64,000 bases of DNA from Klebsiella phage KPN8. The stretch lies in the sequence record OP079919.1; one strand, given 5' to 3'. The translations under genes were made by a program, and so were the position numbers. Below the pieces are notes generated by a model. That model was not told the origin of the DNA, did no database searches, and worked only from the letters and a program-made list of their open reading frames with translations. This document shows, in pieces, positions 26,616 to 35,979 of the stretch (positions are counted from its first letter, which is position 1; every line of letters begins with the position of its first letter).

Positions 26616-28628
26616 ATGTCCGACAATCAAAATGGCAACAACTGGGAACAAACCGTCCTGAACACCGCTGCTGGTAAAGGAGAGCCGATCGTCTCTGCTT
26701 CTGCCGAGAATTTCGGTTCTCAGCTGCTCGGTCTGCTCGGCCAGGCTTCTCTTCTGGGTTCTTCCAAGAACGTGCCGGAAGTAGAAGAAACCGCGGCTCT
26801 GATCAAGAAACGCGTAACCGATCTGAAAAACGGTACGCCGGGCGAAACCCAGAAGAAGATCCTGCCGGAAGTGAACATCATCACCAAACCGATCATCTCT
26901 GCACTGCCGGGCATCGTCCTCTCCCTGCACATGAACAACAACCCTGCGGTATACGTCATGCCGGTGCTGTTCTCTAACCGTCATCTGACCAATACCCTGG
27001 AAGAGATCCAGATCGACAACGGCGTTAACCAACAGCGCAAAATGTCCATGCCGTTTACCCCGGATTCCTACGCTCGTGCTGATCTGTTCGAACAGATCAA
27101 AATGCACTACAAAGCGATGCTCCAGGATAAAGGTGTGAGCGAATGCGTGATCATCAACGTGATGGTTATCGACCTGGAACAGATCGTTGGTGACGATGTC
27201 CTGAATCAGGGCAAATCGCCGCTGCTGCGTGATGAAATCATGCGTAGCTGGGAACAGGGTCTGATGGTACAGATCGCGAAAATCGCAGCCAACCAGCCGA
27301 AAGCTTCTCTGCCTTCTCCGTTCTCTGCGACCGGTGGCAAAGCCTATGGTCAGCACGGTAATGCGATTGCTCGCGTTGAACCGATCCGCGGTCAGTATGT
27401 TAACGAAGGTCTGCTGTCTCCGGCGAACCTGACCATCCGCATGCAAACTGCTAACCACAACGGTTATCAGGGTAATGCTGAGCAGTCCCGCGAAATCGTC
27501 AACACCTACGCGACCGTTAGCCTGATGGGTTCTCCGATCCAACAGTTCAACCCGCAGCTGACCGGTAACATTCCGCAGCCGTACCTGCAGACCCCTAACG
27601 GTCGTCCTCAGGGCTACACCCCGCTGCAGCCGGTGGTTATTATGAACCACGCTAAAGCTGGCGAAGTGCTGGGCGATGCGACTGGCCTGTCGACCTACTT
27701 CATGGGTCTGTTCTCTCTGATGGCGACCAACAGCAACTACCTGTTTGCTGAAGCTCTGCGTTCTAAGAACGTAGGTTCTCGTGGCTCCCTGACTGATATG
27801 GAACACCGCATCCGTCAGATGGAAAATGGATTACCTCCGCGCACTAAGGGTACTGAGATGACCGACGCTAAACTGTCGGATATCGATTTCACCACTAACT
27901 GGATTCGCGCCAATATTGGACCTAAAGCAGTCTTTGCTGCTGACCTGATCCAGTTCGGCCCGGATGCGGCGATCTCCAACTTCCTGTTCAACCTCACCTC
28001 CGGTGCGAAAGACTACAGCAAATGCGTGAAAACCGTTATTGCTATCGTCGATTCCATCTCCGGTGATGCGAAAGCCATGTCTGCGGTTATCGCAGAAAAC
28101 CAGGCCAACAACAATGGTAACGGCGGATGGATTCCAGGTAAACCGGTACTGCACGTTTCTAACGCGCTGATCCCGGTCGGTACTGCTGTACTGGATAACA
28201 AACGCATTGCGCTCGGCGAAGTGGACGAGATGTTCCTGTCCAAGCACTACAAAGATCAGATCACCCCGATGAACCAGTACCTGGAAAACATGTACGGGTC
28301 TAACCCGAACGTGCCGGAAAAACTGCGTCGCTATAACCTGCTCATCCAGCTGTCCACCATCTTCTCTGAAGGTGTAAACCTGTTCGGCTTCGCTCGTCGT
28401 TGCTACTGGGATCCGCTGTTCATGGATGCGTTCACTAAAGCGATGAACACCATCGGTTCTCTGCAGGTTACTGGCTCTATGGGTCAGTTCGCTGCTAACG
28501 TTCAAGTCTTCGCTCCTGGCCAGCAGTATATCTCTCAGGCAACTGCTGGTAACTCCGGTGGCGTCGTTCTGGGTAACGGTATGATGCTGGGTGCAGGTGG
28601 CGGTCTGGTGTTTGGCCCGTCCTACTAA
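26616..28628 (+). CDS. putative major capsid protein (670 aa, highly expressed)
   Basis: Codon usage is very strongly biased (CTG, CGT, GGT, ACC). Strong SD TAGGAG, a long 5' leader and a dedicated terminator. The size fits jumbo-phage capsid proteins. No sequence motif was recognised, so the capsid assignment is an inference. Confidence 0.5.
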   Translation: MSDNQNGNNWEQTVLNTAAGKGEPIVSASAENFGSQLLGLLGQASLLGSSKNVPEVEETAALIKKRVTDLKNGTPGETQKKILPEVNIITKPIISALPGIVLSLHMNNNPAVYVMPVLFSNRHLTNTLEEIQIDNGVNQQRKMSMPFTPDSYARADLFEQIKMHYKAMLQDKGVSECVIINVMVIDLEQIVGDDVLNQGKSPLLRDEIMRSWEQGLMVQIAKIAANQPKASLPSPFSATGGKAYGQHGNAIARVEPIRGQYVNEGLLSPANLTIRMQTANHNGYQGNAEQSREIVNTYATVSLMGSPIQQFNPQLTGNIPQPYLQTPNGRPQGYTPLQPVVIMNHAKAGEVLGDATGLSTYFMGLFSLMATNSNYLFAEALRSKNVGSRGSLTDMEHRIRQMENGLPPRTKGTEMTDAKLSDIDFTTNWIRANIGPKAVFAADLIQFGPDAAISNFLFNLTSGAKDYSKCVKTVIAIVDSISGDAKAMSAVIAENQANNNGNGGWIPGKPVLHVSNALIPVGTAVLDNKRIALGEVDEMFLSKHYKDQITPMNQYLENMYGSNPNVPEKLRRYNLLIQLSTIFSEGVNLFGFARRCYWDPLFMDAFTKAMNTIGSLQVTGSMGQFAANVQVFAPGQQYISQATAGNSGGVVLGNGMMLGAGGGLVFGPSY

Positions 28629-28652
28629 GAGTTCGGCTGTAAGCTCACTAAA

Positions 28653-28681
28653 GGAGGAGGCGGAAGCCTCCTCCCTTTTTT
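28653..28681 (+). terminator. intrinsic terminator
   Basis: GGAGGAGGC-GGAA-GCCTCCTCC 9-bp stem followed by CTTTTTTAT. Confidence 0.8.
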
Positions 28682-28714
28682 ATGCATTTCATTTTTTGAG
28701 TGAACGGAGACGTT

Positions 28715-30319
28715 ATGGATCAGTACGGTGATCGTATTATTGATGCATTAACAGCGCCTGAATTTTCATCATTGCAACCAGAGGCTCAGTTTAAAACTTA
28801 TGCCGAACAATACGGTGGTGACCTTTCTGACGACAAACGTTTTTATGAACCCCTTTATCCCGACTTCACTGACTATAACCGTTTGCATGATACTGCTAAG
28901 GTCGATCCGGTTTACCTGAACGATTTCGATTTTTGTTTGGAAGAAGACCGAGAACGAATCGCATCTTTGATTCGTATGGACTTCAACACCGACACATTCG
29001 AAACCGTCGCGAGATGTAGTTGTGGGCATTTGAAGGGCAACTATTTATTGGGTCAGAAAAGATCATGTCCCATCTGTCAATCCCTTGTAGAGAAAGTCGT
29101 AGAGACTTCCTTAGATACTAAGGTATGGGTCAGGGTTCCAGAAGGTGTAGTTGGATTTATCAGCCCGGCTTATTACAAAACCTTCTTATCGAAGATCGCG
29201 ACCAATTCTCCAAAGATTGAGATCGTGACTTGGCTCATCGATCCGTCTTATCGTCGGGGAAGCCGAGCTCAGCATACTGAGTCCGGTCGTCGGATGTTGG
29301 CTGAACTCGATAAACTCGGAATAGTGCCCGGGCTTAACAGCTTTATATTGAACGCGGACAGATTCATGGAACACTTCCTTGTTGGTGAAGGAAGAGGTGC
29401 CGTGAGCATGAAGCCGGCTGATGGTAAAAAGCATTTGGATAAGTATTACGAATATCGTCATCTTATCTTCCCGCGCTATTTGTCCGTACCCAATAAACTC
29501 GCCACCATCATCGAGCAAGATGGTAAAGATAAGTACGTTTCTTCAACCCAATTGAAAACCTCGGCAATCTACCAATCTATTGCGGATACGAGGGATTCTA
29601 CTGAGTTTTATAAATGTACGATTAAGGACCTTAAAGAGAACGCTGATATCGTCGGGAAGGCAATAGTTCGATTAGGTAAGCAGAACTCTGATAACTATAA
29701 GAGTCAGCTGTTTGCTAAATCGAGCCTGATACGTAAACACGTAATCGCGGGATCGTTATCTTTATCAGGTCGTGGTGTTATCACGTCAACTACCGGATTG
29801 CATGACGCCGGTGTTGCTAAGATACCTTGGATCATGGCAGTGGCTATGCTGAAGAAACACATCCTGGGATATCTTTACCGTTTAGGGTACAGTCCCCTGA
29901 AAGCTGAAAGTGTAATCAGTACAGCAGCGCACCAAGTCGTCCCGGTTATCGATCAATTCTTTACCAAGCACGAAAAGCAAAAAGACATTGTCTGCATTTT
30001 AGGAAGAAACCCATCAATTCAGTACCTGTCAGCAAAAGCCTTCTTTATGTCGATCAACCGAGATTTAGAAGACGAGTCGATAAACTTACCGATACTCTCG
30101 GTTAAAACCTTTAATGCTGACTTCGATGGCGATACGATGTATTGCTACGTCCTCAGCGATTTGAAAGGCAAAGCCAAAGCGTATGGGTCGTTCGGTCATC
30201 AGTCCATGCTCGATGAAAACGAACCATTTACAATAAGTCGATTTGCTGATCAAACTTCAACGAATTTGATGAACCTCAACAACATGATGAGAGGAACACC
30301 AATCAATGAATGCGGCTGA
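28715..30319 (+). CDS. multisubunit RNA polymerase beta-prime-like subunit, N-terminal fragment
   Basis: Zinc-binding CSCGHLKG...CPICQ near the N-terminus, and the universal catalytic loop NADFDGDTM. SD GGAG 7 nt before the ATG at 28715. The ORF track's 28700 start is GTG. Confidence 0.8.
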   Translation: MDQYGDRIIDALTAPEFSSLQPEAQFKTYAEQYGGDLSDDKRFYEPLYPDFTDYNRLHDTAKVDPVYLNDFDFCLEEDRERIASLIRMDFNTDTFETVARCSCGHLKGNYLLGQKRSCPICQSLVEKVVETSLDTKVWVRVPEGVVGFISPAYYKTFLSKIATNSPKIEIVTWLIDPSYRRGSRAQHTESGRRMLAELDKLGIVPGLNSFILNADRFMEHFLVGEGRGAVSMKPADGKKHLDKYYEYRHLIFPRYLSVPNKLATIIEQDGKDKYVSSTQLKTSAIYQSIADTRDSTEFYKCTIKDLKENADIVGKAIVRLGKQNSDNYKSQLFAKSSLIRKHVIAGSLSLSGRGVITSTTGLHDAGVAKIPWIMAVAMLKKHILGYLYRLGYSPLKAESVISTAAHQVVPVIDQFFTKHEKQKDIVCILGRNPSIQYLSAKAFFMSINRDLEDESINLPILSVKTFNADFDGDTMYCYVLSDLKGKAKAYGSFGHQSMLDENEPFTISRFADQTSTNLMNLNNMMRGTPINECG

Positions 30320-30941
30320 CGCGTTTAGCTTTAGTTGTGCCGGCGCTATTGACGAAGGTCGAATGCGTCAGTATGCCGGCTACGTTCAAATGAATTTTGA
30401 TAACGTGAAAGGTATGGGAGGTTGGCTGGCGAAAGAAGCAGAAAAAACGTTAGACCGATTTTCTAACTTCATGAATTCCAGGGCGTGGGAGTTATCCAAA
30501 ATCCTAACGGGGAATGGCGATGGTGAATACGTAGGACGATTTGACATCGGTTATTTAGGTTCCCTCAACGCTCAACAACAAGCTCAGGGATTCATGCGGG
30601 ACTACATCATGGCTAACCCATTGGTTATGCAGATGTATCTTGATGGAGGATTGGAAGGCTACGGTGGTGAGTTCTCCCCGTTCTGTAATGCCGTTGGTAA
30701 GAACAACGTTTTCTATCGTAACGCCACCCATGGTATAGTACAAACTGAAACTAAAGACGATGTTCAGAAAACCTGGTTCAGTCACTTTGGTGATGTGCCG
30801 GGTACAGGAATGTCCTTTAGGGAACAAGCGGACATCATGAGAACTTGGAAAGCGACCAATCACCTGATAGGTTCTCAACTCTTTGATATGACCTCACCAT
30901 CGAATAAAAAGATGAATGAGGATAACGAAGAGGAAACATAA
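30306..30941 (+). CDS. hypothetical protein (211 aa), possibly RNAP-associated
   Basis: ATGA-type overlap with the previous gene and SD GAGAGG. Confidence 0.5.
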   Translation: MNAADAFSFSCAGAIDEGRMRQYAGYVQMNFDNVKGMGGWLAKEAEKTLDRFSNFMNSRAWELSKILTGNGDGEYVGRFDIGYLGSLNAQQQAQGFMRDYIMANPLVMQMYLDGGLEGYGGEFSPFCNAVGKNNVFYRNATHGIVQTETKDDVQKTWFSHFGDVPGTGMSFREQADIMRTWKATNHLIGSQLFDMTSPSNKKMNEDNEEET

Positions 30942-30989
30942 ACATTTTTGGGGGGGGGAACTCCCCCATTTAACATCGAGAGTAAACTT

Positions 30990-31352
30990 ATGAATAGCGA
31001 ACAAACCAAACCCATGCATAGTGTTTTTATGCAAATCATCAGTTCCGAAGAAATCGGTAATTTGAAGAATGCCGTTCGGAATACCGAATTCCTTTTAGCC
31101 GAATTAGGCGAATCGGAAGACGGCAAACCACTGGATCCATCCCATCTGATCTTTATTGTAACCGACATGTCTTTTGACGAACACGGAAACTTGATGGGAA
31201 GAGTAACTCCCACCGGCCCATACAAGGACAAGGGACGGGAATGGATTTCGACTAAAAAATATAAAACACCTATTTTTAAGTTTATTCCGAGAGTGGCCAC
31301 GAATAACCGCAATTGGACCTTCATCAATAAACTCGACGTGGTGGTCAAATAA
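30990..31352 (+). CDS. hypothetical protein (120 aa)
   Basis: ATG at 30990 (MNSEQTKPMH). The ORF track's 30948 start is TTG inside a G9 hairpin. Confidence 0.5.
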   Translation: MNSEQTKPMHSVFMQIISSEEIGNLKNAVRNTEFLLAELGESEDGKPLDPSHLIFIVTDMSFDEHGNLMGRVTPTGPYKDKGREWISTKKYKTPIFKFIPRVATNNRNWTFINKLDVVVK

Positions 31353-31714
31353 TGGAAACCACCCGGGATTATACAGCGAAGATCAAATGGCCTTTTGTTG
31401 TTGTGTTTAATCTCAAAGATGGTCCGGAGGAAACTTCCTCCGTGATCATTAAAACCAGGATCCCTTCTGGCGGATATAAGGAATTCCACATCTACTTAAA
31501 AGATTTAATCGACCGTGCTCGTTTAAACGTTCGAGGGTCAATCTCGGATAAAGATTTCTTAACCGATATCAGCGAGTATTTTATTTCGTCTGTTGCTTCT
31601 AAATCAGCGGATAAGAAAACCTTGGCTGAGGCCTGTCGGTCGGTTTTAGAAGGAAACGTGTTTAATCGTAAGATATTCGTTCCCTTTTACGGACTCAGGC
31701 CGAGAGAAGAATAA
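31352..31714 (+). CDS. hypothetical protein
   Basis: TAATG overlap with the previous stop. 120 aa. Confidence 0.55.
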   Translation: METTRDYTAKIKWPFVVVFNLKDGPEETSSVIIKTRIPSGGYKEFHIYLKDLIDRARLNVRGSISDKDFLTDISEYFISSVASKSADKKTLAEACRSVLEGNVFNRKIFVPFYGLRPREE

Positions 31715-31731
31715 TTGACATGCAGATAATT

Positions 31732-31760
31732 ATACATCGATATTATCATGGTGTATAAAC
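31732..31760 (+). promoter_or_regulatory. conserved promoter-like motif TACATCGATATTATCATGGTGTATAAAC (copy 2 of 2)
   Basis: See 9366-9385. The core ATTATCATGGTGTA is identical, and the spacing to the downstream ATG is the same (~36 nt). Confidence 0.35.
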
Positions 31761-31791
31761 AAATGAATATTTTATTTATAAGGAATCTATT

Positions 31792-31917
31792 ATGTCGATC
31801 ATCGCCTCTATCGCTATCGTTGTTATTATTACCGCAGTAGTTTACACTCTCACCAAAGATGCCGTGGAAGAAATCTTCCCGGCTCGTAAAGAAATGGCTG
31901 TTCGTAACAAACGTTAA
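31792..31917 (+). CDS. small hydrophobic protein (41 aa), predicted single-pass membrane peptide
   Basis: MSIIASIAIVVIITAVVYTLTKDAVEEIFPARKEMAVRNKR. SD AAGGA, host-like high-expression codons, and its own hairpin downstream. Confidence 0.5.
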   Translation: MSIIASIAIVVIITAVVYTLTKDAVEEIFPARKEMAVRNKR

Positions 31918-31927
31918 TTTATTGTTA

Positions 31928-31980
31928 CTCCCCTCCTTTCGGAGGGGAGCCTAACCATGATTATTTTTTTTCATGAGGTT
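31928..31980 (+). terminator. hairpin with a distal T-run
   Basis: CTCCCCTCC-TTTC-GGAGGGGAG 9-bp stem. T9 lies 14 nt downstream. Confidence 0.4.
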
Positions 31981-31981
31981 C

Positions 31982-32380
31982 ATGATGACCGGATTTTGCG
32001 TAGCAACAATGTCGACGTTGGGCTTTATTGCCGATGACGTTAAGCTCGCCATGGACAGGCATCTCACTTATTGGTTTGCGTCCAGACGCGATCAAAATAA
32101 GTTAATAGGTGAAGTTGATTCCTTTGAATACCTTTTGATGACCTATCAAGGTAATCGGAGCGCTTTGGTCAGTAATGTTGAAAGCGCGCTCAGGACTTAC
32201 TTCCAGCAGATTTTCAGTACTGTAGAAGTTCAAGTAACTGATACTGATATGCCGGGCGAAACGGAAAACTTTACACTGGTCATGGCGCTTAGAGTCACCC
32301 ATGAAGGTGTTGCTTATGATCTCCAAAACGCCGTTATCGTATCTGGCGCTTCTTATACTCTTCTTCCGAGAGGTAATTAA
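31982..32380 (+). CDS. hypothetical protein
   Basis: GAGG 5 nt before the ATG at 31982. The ORF track's 31973 ATG lacks an SD. Confidence 0.5.
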   Translation: MMTGFCVATMSTLGFIADDVKLAMDRHLTYWFASRRDQNKLIGEVDSFEYLLMTYQGNRSALVSNVESALRTYFQQIFSTVEVQVTDTDMPGETENFTLVMALRVTHEGVAYDLQNAVIVSGASYTLLPRGN

Positions 32381-32382
32381 TA

Positions 32383-33144
32383 ATGTCTGATAAAATGCCA
32401 TCCGAACACTACGCGCTTAAATTCTTAGAGGGCGGTACCCCTAAGGTTATCAATGGTAAGCGCTACCTGGAAATGAACGGCGAATTGGTGAACGTCGCCA
32501 CTTCTATTTCAGAGGCGACCTTCGTCAGAGACTGGCTTCTGGGGTTCTCTTTGGGTTACGTTGGAGAGAAGTCTTATTTTGATTTCGCGCGGTGGATGGA
32601 AATCAGTAACGAAGGTCGTTCAGCGGTTATCGTCCATGACAATGAAGACGAAAATAAACCCGTCTTCGTCGTCCCTCCTCTGACCGATACGAAAATGACA
32701 GCTCAGGAAATGGAAGTTCTTCAAGTAGCCGCTGGCGTGATGAGCAATGCTTATGGTGCACAATTCGGCGGATCGACCAGTAGAAGTACCGAGATACTCC
32801 TACAGGGCCTGTCCATTATTCAAAAAGGTCTGCAGTCTGGCGAATACACCATAACTGATCTCGTCCCATCCTTCATCTATGAAAAATACTCGATCAATCC
32901 TCGTGTATTTAAAAAGATGATGCACTGCAAAAATACCTTTGGATTGGACACCAATGATGAAAGCTGGAAAGTATTAGAAGCTTGCTTCAGGGTCATCGAC
33001 GAAGGTAAAGTGTTAAAACAACAACAGTACGACTTCTTAATGGCGATCACGCAAAATACAGCAATCGTCCCTGATCAATGTAAACCTGACAGTAAAAATA
33101 AACAGGAAGATCAATTTACAGAGATCAACCCATTTGAGTGTTAA
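32383..33144 (+). CDS. hypothetical protein (253 aa)
   Basis: SD GAGAGG. Confidence 0.6.
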   Translation: MSDKMPSEHYALKFLEGGTPKVINGKRYLEMNGELVNVATSISEATFVRDWLLGFSLGYVGEKSYFDFARWMEISNEGRSAVIVHDNEDENKPVFVVPPLTDTKMTAQEMEVLQVAAGVMSNAYGAQFGGSTSRSTEILLQGLSIIQKGLQSGEYTITDLVPSFIYEKYSINPRVFKKMMHCKNTFGLDTNDESWKVLEACFRVIDEGKVLKQQQYDFLMAITQNTAIVPDQCKPDSKNKQEDQFTEINPFEC

Positions 33145-34277
33145 GCATGATTAATTCCCCCAAGAAAATTAGGATGTTGTGGTCAAGTGATCATCACACA
33201 CTTCATGAAGGTACCCCCACAGTTCACATCTTAAGTAACCTGGGGGAATTCTTTTATAAGTACAATTCCCTGGCAGAAACTGACATCGTTGTTTTTGGCG
33301 GTGATTTTTTTCATAAGCTAGTCGATGCTTCTAACAGCTCGATGCGTTTATGTGAATATTGGATTAACAAATTTTTAATTCGGTGTGCTGAAAATAACGT
33401 TGTGGTGAGAGTACTGGAAGGGACGAGTTCTCACGACTGGGAACAACCGGAAATATTCCAAATATTGAGCCCGGATAACCTTGATTTAAAATGGGTTAAA
33501 GAGCTGAGTATTGAACGCATTGAAAAACTGGATATGACCGTGCTTTACGTTCCGGATAACATGGGGGGTAAGAAGCCCGAGGTTATTTGGGATGAGGTCA
33601 TCGATCTTCTAACTAAACATAACCTGGAGAAAGTAGATTTTATCTTTTTCCACGGATCGTTTAAATACCAGTTAGACGAACGTTTCAGTAAACACAGTCA
33701 CGATGAAAAATTGTGGTCAACCATTGTTAACTATTATATCTTTGCCGGGCACATCCACAAACCTTCAGAATGTGGGCCGATTAGATGTTCGGGATCCTTC
33801 GATAGAACGGGTCATTCAGAGGAACATCCTAAGGGCGGATATATCGTTGATTACTTCCCAGACGATAAGAAGTGTACCGCCACCTTTTATGAGAATAAAA
33901 AGGCGCTGCCTTATATCACCCTGAGAATTACACCGGAAACAACAACAGAAGAACTAAATGATAAGCTTGGGTTCCTAATGGATAAGCGATACCCCAAAGC
34001 CAGTCATTTTTGGATTAGAGGAGGGAATCCTCTCGTCGTTAATCCGATCATTCAGTTCTTCAAACAACAGTATCCTCAGTATGACTTTAAGAAAGAAAAC
34101 GTCGTTACTCACGAAGCAGTAATTGACGATGAACTTTATACTGAAGATCTTTATTCTGGTATAACGTTAACGAAAGATAACATCATCCCTTCTCTAATGG
34201 GCTATTTGAATAAGAAGATTTTGTTAGTGGATGAAGAGTTAGATTCCCTAACAAAAACAATGGAGGAGTTTATCTAA
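33138..34277 (+). CDS. calcineurin-like metallophosphoesterase, Mre11/SbcD-like nuclease candidate
   Basis: Ordered motifs: SSDHH (DxH), GGDFFH (GDxxD/H), EGTSSHD (GNHD-like) and GHIH (GHxH). Confidence 0.55.
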   Translation: MLSMINSPKKIRMLWSSDHHTLHEGTPTVHILSNLGEFFYKYNSLAETDIVVFGGDFFHKLVDASNSSMRLCEYWINKFLIRCAENNVVVRVLEGTSSHDWEQPEIFQILSPDNLDLKWVKELSIERIEKLDMTVLYVPDNMGGKKPEVIWDEVIDLLTKHNLEKVDFIFFHGSFKYQLDERFSKHSHDEKLWSTIVNYYIFAGHIHKPSECGPIRCSGSFDRTGHSEEHPKGGYIVDYFPDDKKCTATFYENKKALPYITLRITPETTTEELNDKLGFLMDKRYPKASHFWIRGGNPLVVNPIIQFFKQQYPQYDFKKENVVTHEAVIDDELYTEDLYSGITLTKDNIIPSLMGYLNKKILLVDEELDSLTKTMEEFI

Positions 34278-35077
34278 TGAGGGCGTTAGGGGCGTTAAAT
34301 ATCTCGGTAGGGACGTCTTTAGCATTCGAAGGGGCGGCTAAAATACAGTTGCTCCAATCGGACTCCTTACTTATCAATCTACGGACGATAGCACGTAATG
34401 CCAGGGAGGCTTACGATAAAGATGATTCCGACGGAAAGGATGTTGATCTTCTTACAGCAGCGGCAAGCGATGATTTGATAGGTCTTATTAAAACCGTTCA
34501 GGGATGGATGGGACAAAAAACGATCAATCTTATCGTTTATCTTCCTTCTTACAGATCGCTCCCTAAGATTTTTAAAAGGGCGAATCTCTGGGAACCGACA
34601 ACGGATATCCAGAAAGAAAAAGATAGACTTGATACCGCCGTACTGAATAATTTAAAAAAACGGTTCGGGGCTAATATTAAGGAAACGGACGTCAACCTTC
34701 CTGAATTTATAGGGAATGGTTTGATTTTAACGCATCACCCCATTGATCTTGTAATGACAGGAAGTGGAACAAGGTTGCGTTTAATCGAATCCTATACTGG
34801 GACTTTGAAAGGACATTCTCAGTGGTACACAAAATTTTCCGGTGGGGAAAAACTGTTTAACATTCCCCTAAACAAATTAACCATTCAGATATTCGGGGAT
34901 GGACCGGTTAATTTTAAATCGGAAAAAAGTCATAAACTTAAAGACCTAATAAAAGATATCGCTATTAAAGGTAAATGGACCTCGGTAACGACTCTGGACG
35001 CAGTGAGATCTAGTATCAATGTTCACGCTAAAGGATTTGACCGAGATGGGTTATTAATACTTTTAAACGGCGGGTAG
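34277..35077 (+). CDS. hypothetical protein
   Basis: TAATG overlap with the previous gene. 266 aa. Confidence 0.55.
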   Translation: MRALGALNISVGTSLAFEGAAKIQLLQSDSLLINLRTIARNAREAYDKDDSDGKDVDLLTAAASDDLIGLIKTVQGWMGQKTINLIVYLPSYRSLPKIFKRANLWEPTTDIQKEKDRLDTAVLNNLKKRFGANIKETDVNLPEFIGNGLILTHHPIDLVMTGSGTRLRLIESYTGTLKGHSQWYTKFSGGEKLFNIPLNKLTIQIFGDGPVNFKSEKSHKLKDLIKDIAIKGKWTSVTTLDAVRSSINVHAKGFDRDGLLILLNGG

Positions 35078-35117
35078 CTTTATATTAGCACAAACCCAAT
35101 TTCAAAGGATTTACGTC

Positions 35118-35861
35118 ATGAGTGATTTCAACAACGGTAACAATGGTAACTCCCGTCCCAAAACTCCACTGAACGATTATCGTTACCCGCACCCTAAAAC
35201 CAAAGAACCTCTTCCGGGCGGCAAATACCCTGCGCAAGCGTACTGGGAACTGACCGCCGCTGGTAAGGTCGTTTTCAAAGTACAAGACGGTGTGTTCGGC
35301 GGCGGCGATAACGCGTACAAGAAAAAAGAAATTGAAATGATCGCGTTCGAGCGCAATGCCATCTTCCAGCTTCTGAGAGAAGCAGCGACCGATCCCAATT
35401 TCACCAAATCCCAATACACTGTTCGTGATCGCCAATTCATTCGTGAAGGTGGTCAGGCTAAGATGTCCGACAACCCGATGACCATCGGTGTGTTTACCGT
35501 CATCCGCGATTCGAACGGTGTTGTTCAGCTCGGATTCAGCAAGTCTGATTTCAAAGCTCTGTTCGTTTTCGACAATGCCCGCGAATCCACTCTGGTCGAT
35601 TTTGTCGACGGCGAATTCAAACCAGCTCACGCTCGCATGAGTCGTCTGTATGTCCTCGGTTATCTTTCGGCCGTGGAAGGCTGGCTGAACGCTGCTGAGT
35701 TCTCTCGCTACCAACCGCCTAAACCGAAAAATGGTGGTAACGGTGGCGGCGGTGGCTGGAACAACAATAACGGTGGCAACCGCGGTAATGGCGGCGGTAA
35801 CAGCTGGGGCGGTGGTGGCAACGCACCGGCCGATGACTTCGCGGAAGACATTCCGTTCTAA
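35118..35861 (+). CDS. SSB-like protein: folded N-terminal domain, Gly/Asn-rich linker, acidic DIPF tip
   Basis: The C-terminus NGGNGGGGGWNNNNGGNRGNGGGNSWGGGGNAPADDFAEDIPF ends like E. coli SSB (DDDIPF). Very strong codon bias and SD AAAGGA. The N-terminal domain is not recognisably a bacterial SSB OB fold. Confidence 0.6.
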   Translation: MSDFNNGNNGNSRPKTPLNDYRYPHPKTKEPLPGGKYPAQAYWELTAAGKVVFKVQDGVFGGGDNAYKKKEIEMIAFERNAIFQLLREAATDPNFTKSQYTVRDRQFIREGGQAKMSDNPMTIGVFTVIRDSNGVVQLGFSKSDFKALFVFDNARESTLVDFVDGEFKPAHARMSRLYVLGYLSAVEGWLNAAEFSRYQPPKPKNGGNGGGGGWNNNNGGNRGNGGGNSWGGGGNAPADDFAEDIPF

Positions 35862-35875
35862 ACACAAAGATACTC

Positions 35876-35912
35876 TCTCCTACTCTCTAGGGAGTAGGAG
35901 ATTACTTTTCGT
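35876..35912 (+). terminator. intrinsic terminator
   Basis: TCTCCTACTC-TCTAGG-GAGTAGGAGA 10-bp stem followed by TTACTTTTCGTT. Confidence 0.6.
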
Positions 35913-35979
35913 TATAATTTTTTAGCACTATATTATTTACTGGTAAACCCCGGCTATAAAAATTATTGGGAGTAATAAC

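Noticed and set aside
26610-28505. Long antisense ORFs (398 aa and 224 aa on the minus strand) inside the putative capsid gene
   Set aside because: They have no SD and they run across the strongly codon-biased + strand gene. They are an artefact of the GC-rich third positions (CTG/CGT/GGT codons) leaving the reverse frames open.
30875-31489. 204-aa minus-strand ORF overlapping two + strand genes
   Set aside because: It has no SD, it spans an intergenic hairpin, and the + strand genes have better starts.
35085-35867. 260-aa antisense ORF covering the SSB-like gene
   Set aside because: The repetitive GGT/GGC/AAC codons of the Gly/Asn linker keep the reverse frame open. There is no RBS, and the + strand gene has clear SD, codon bias and terminator.
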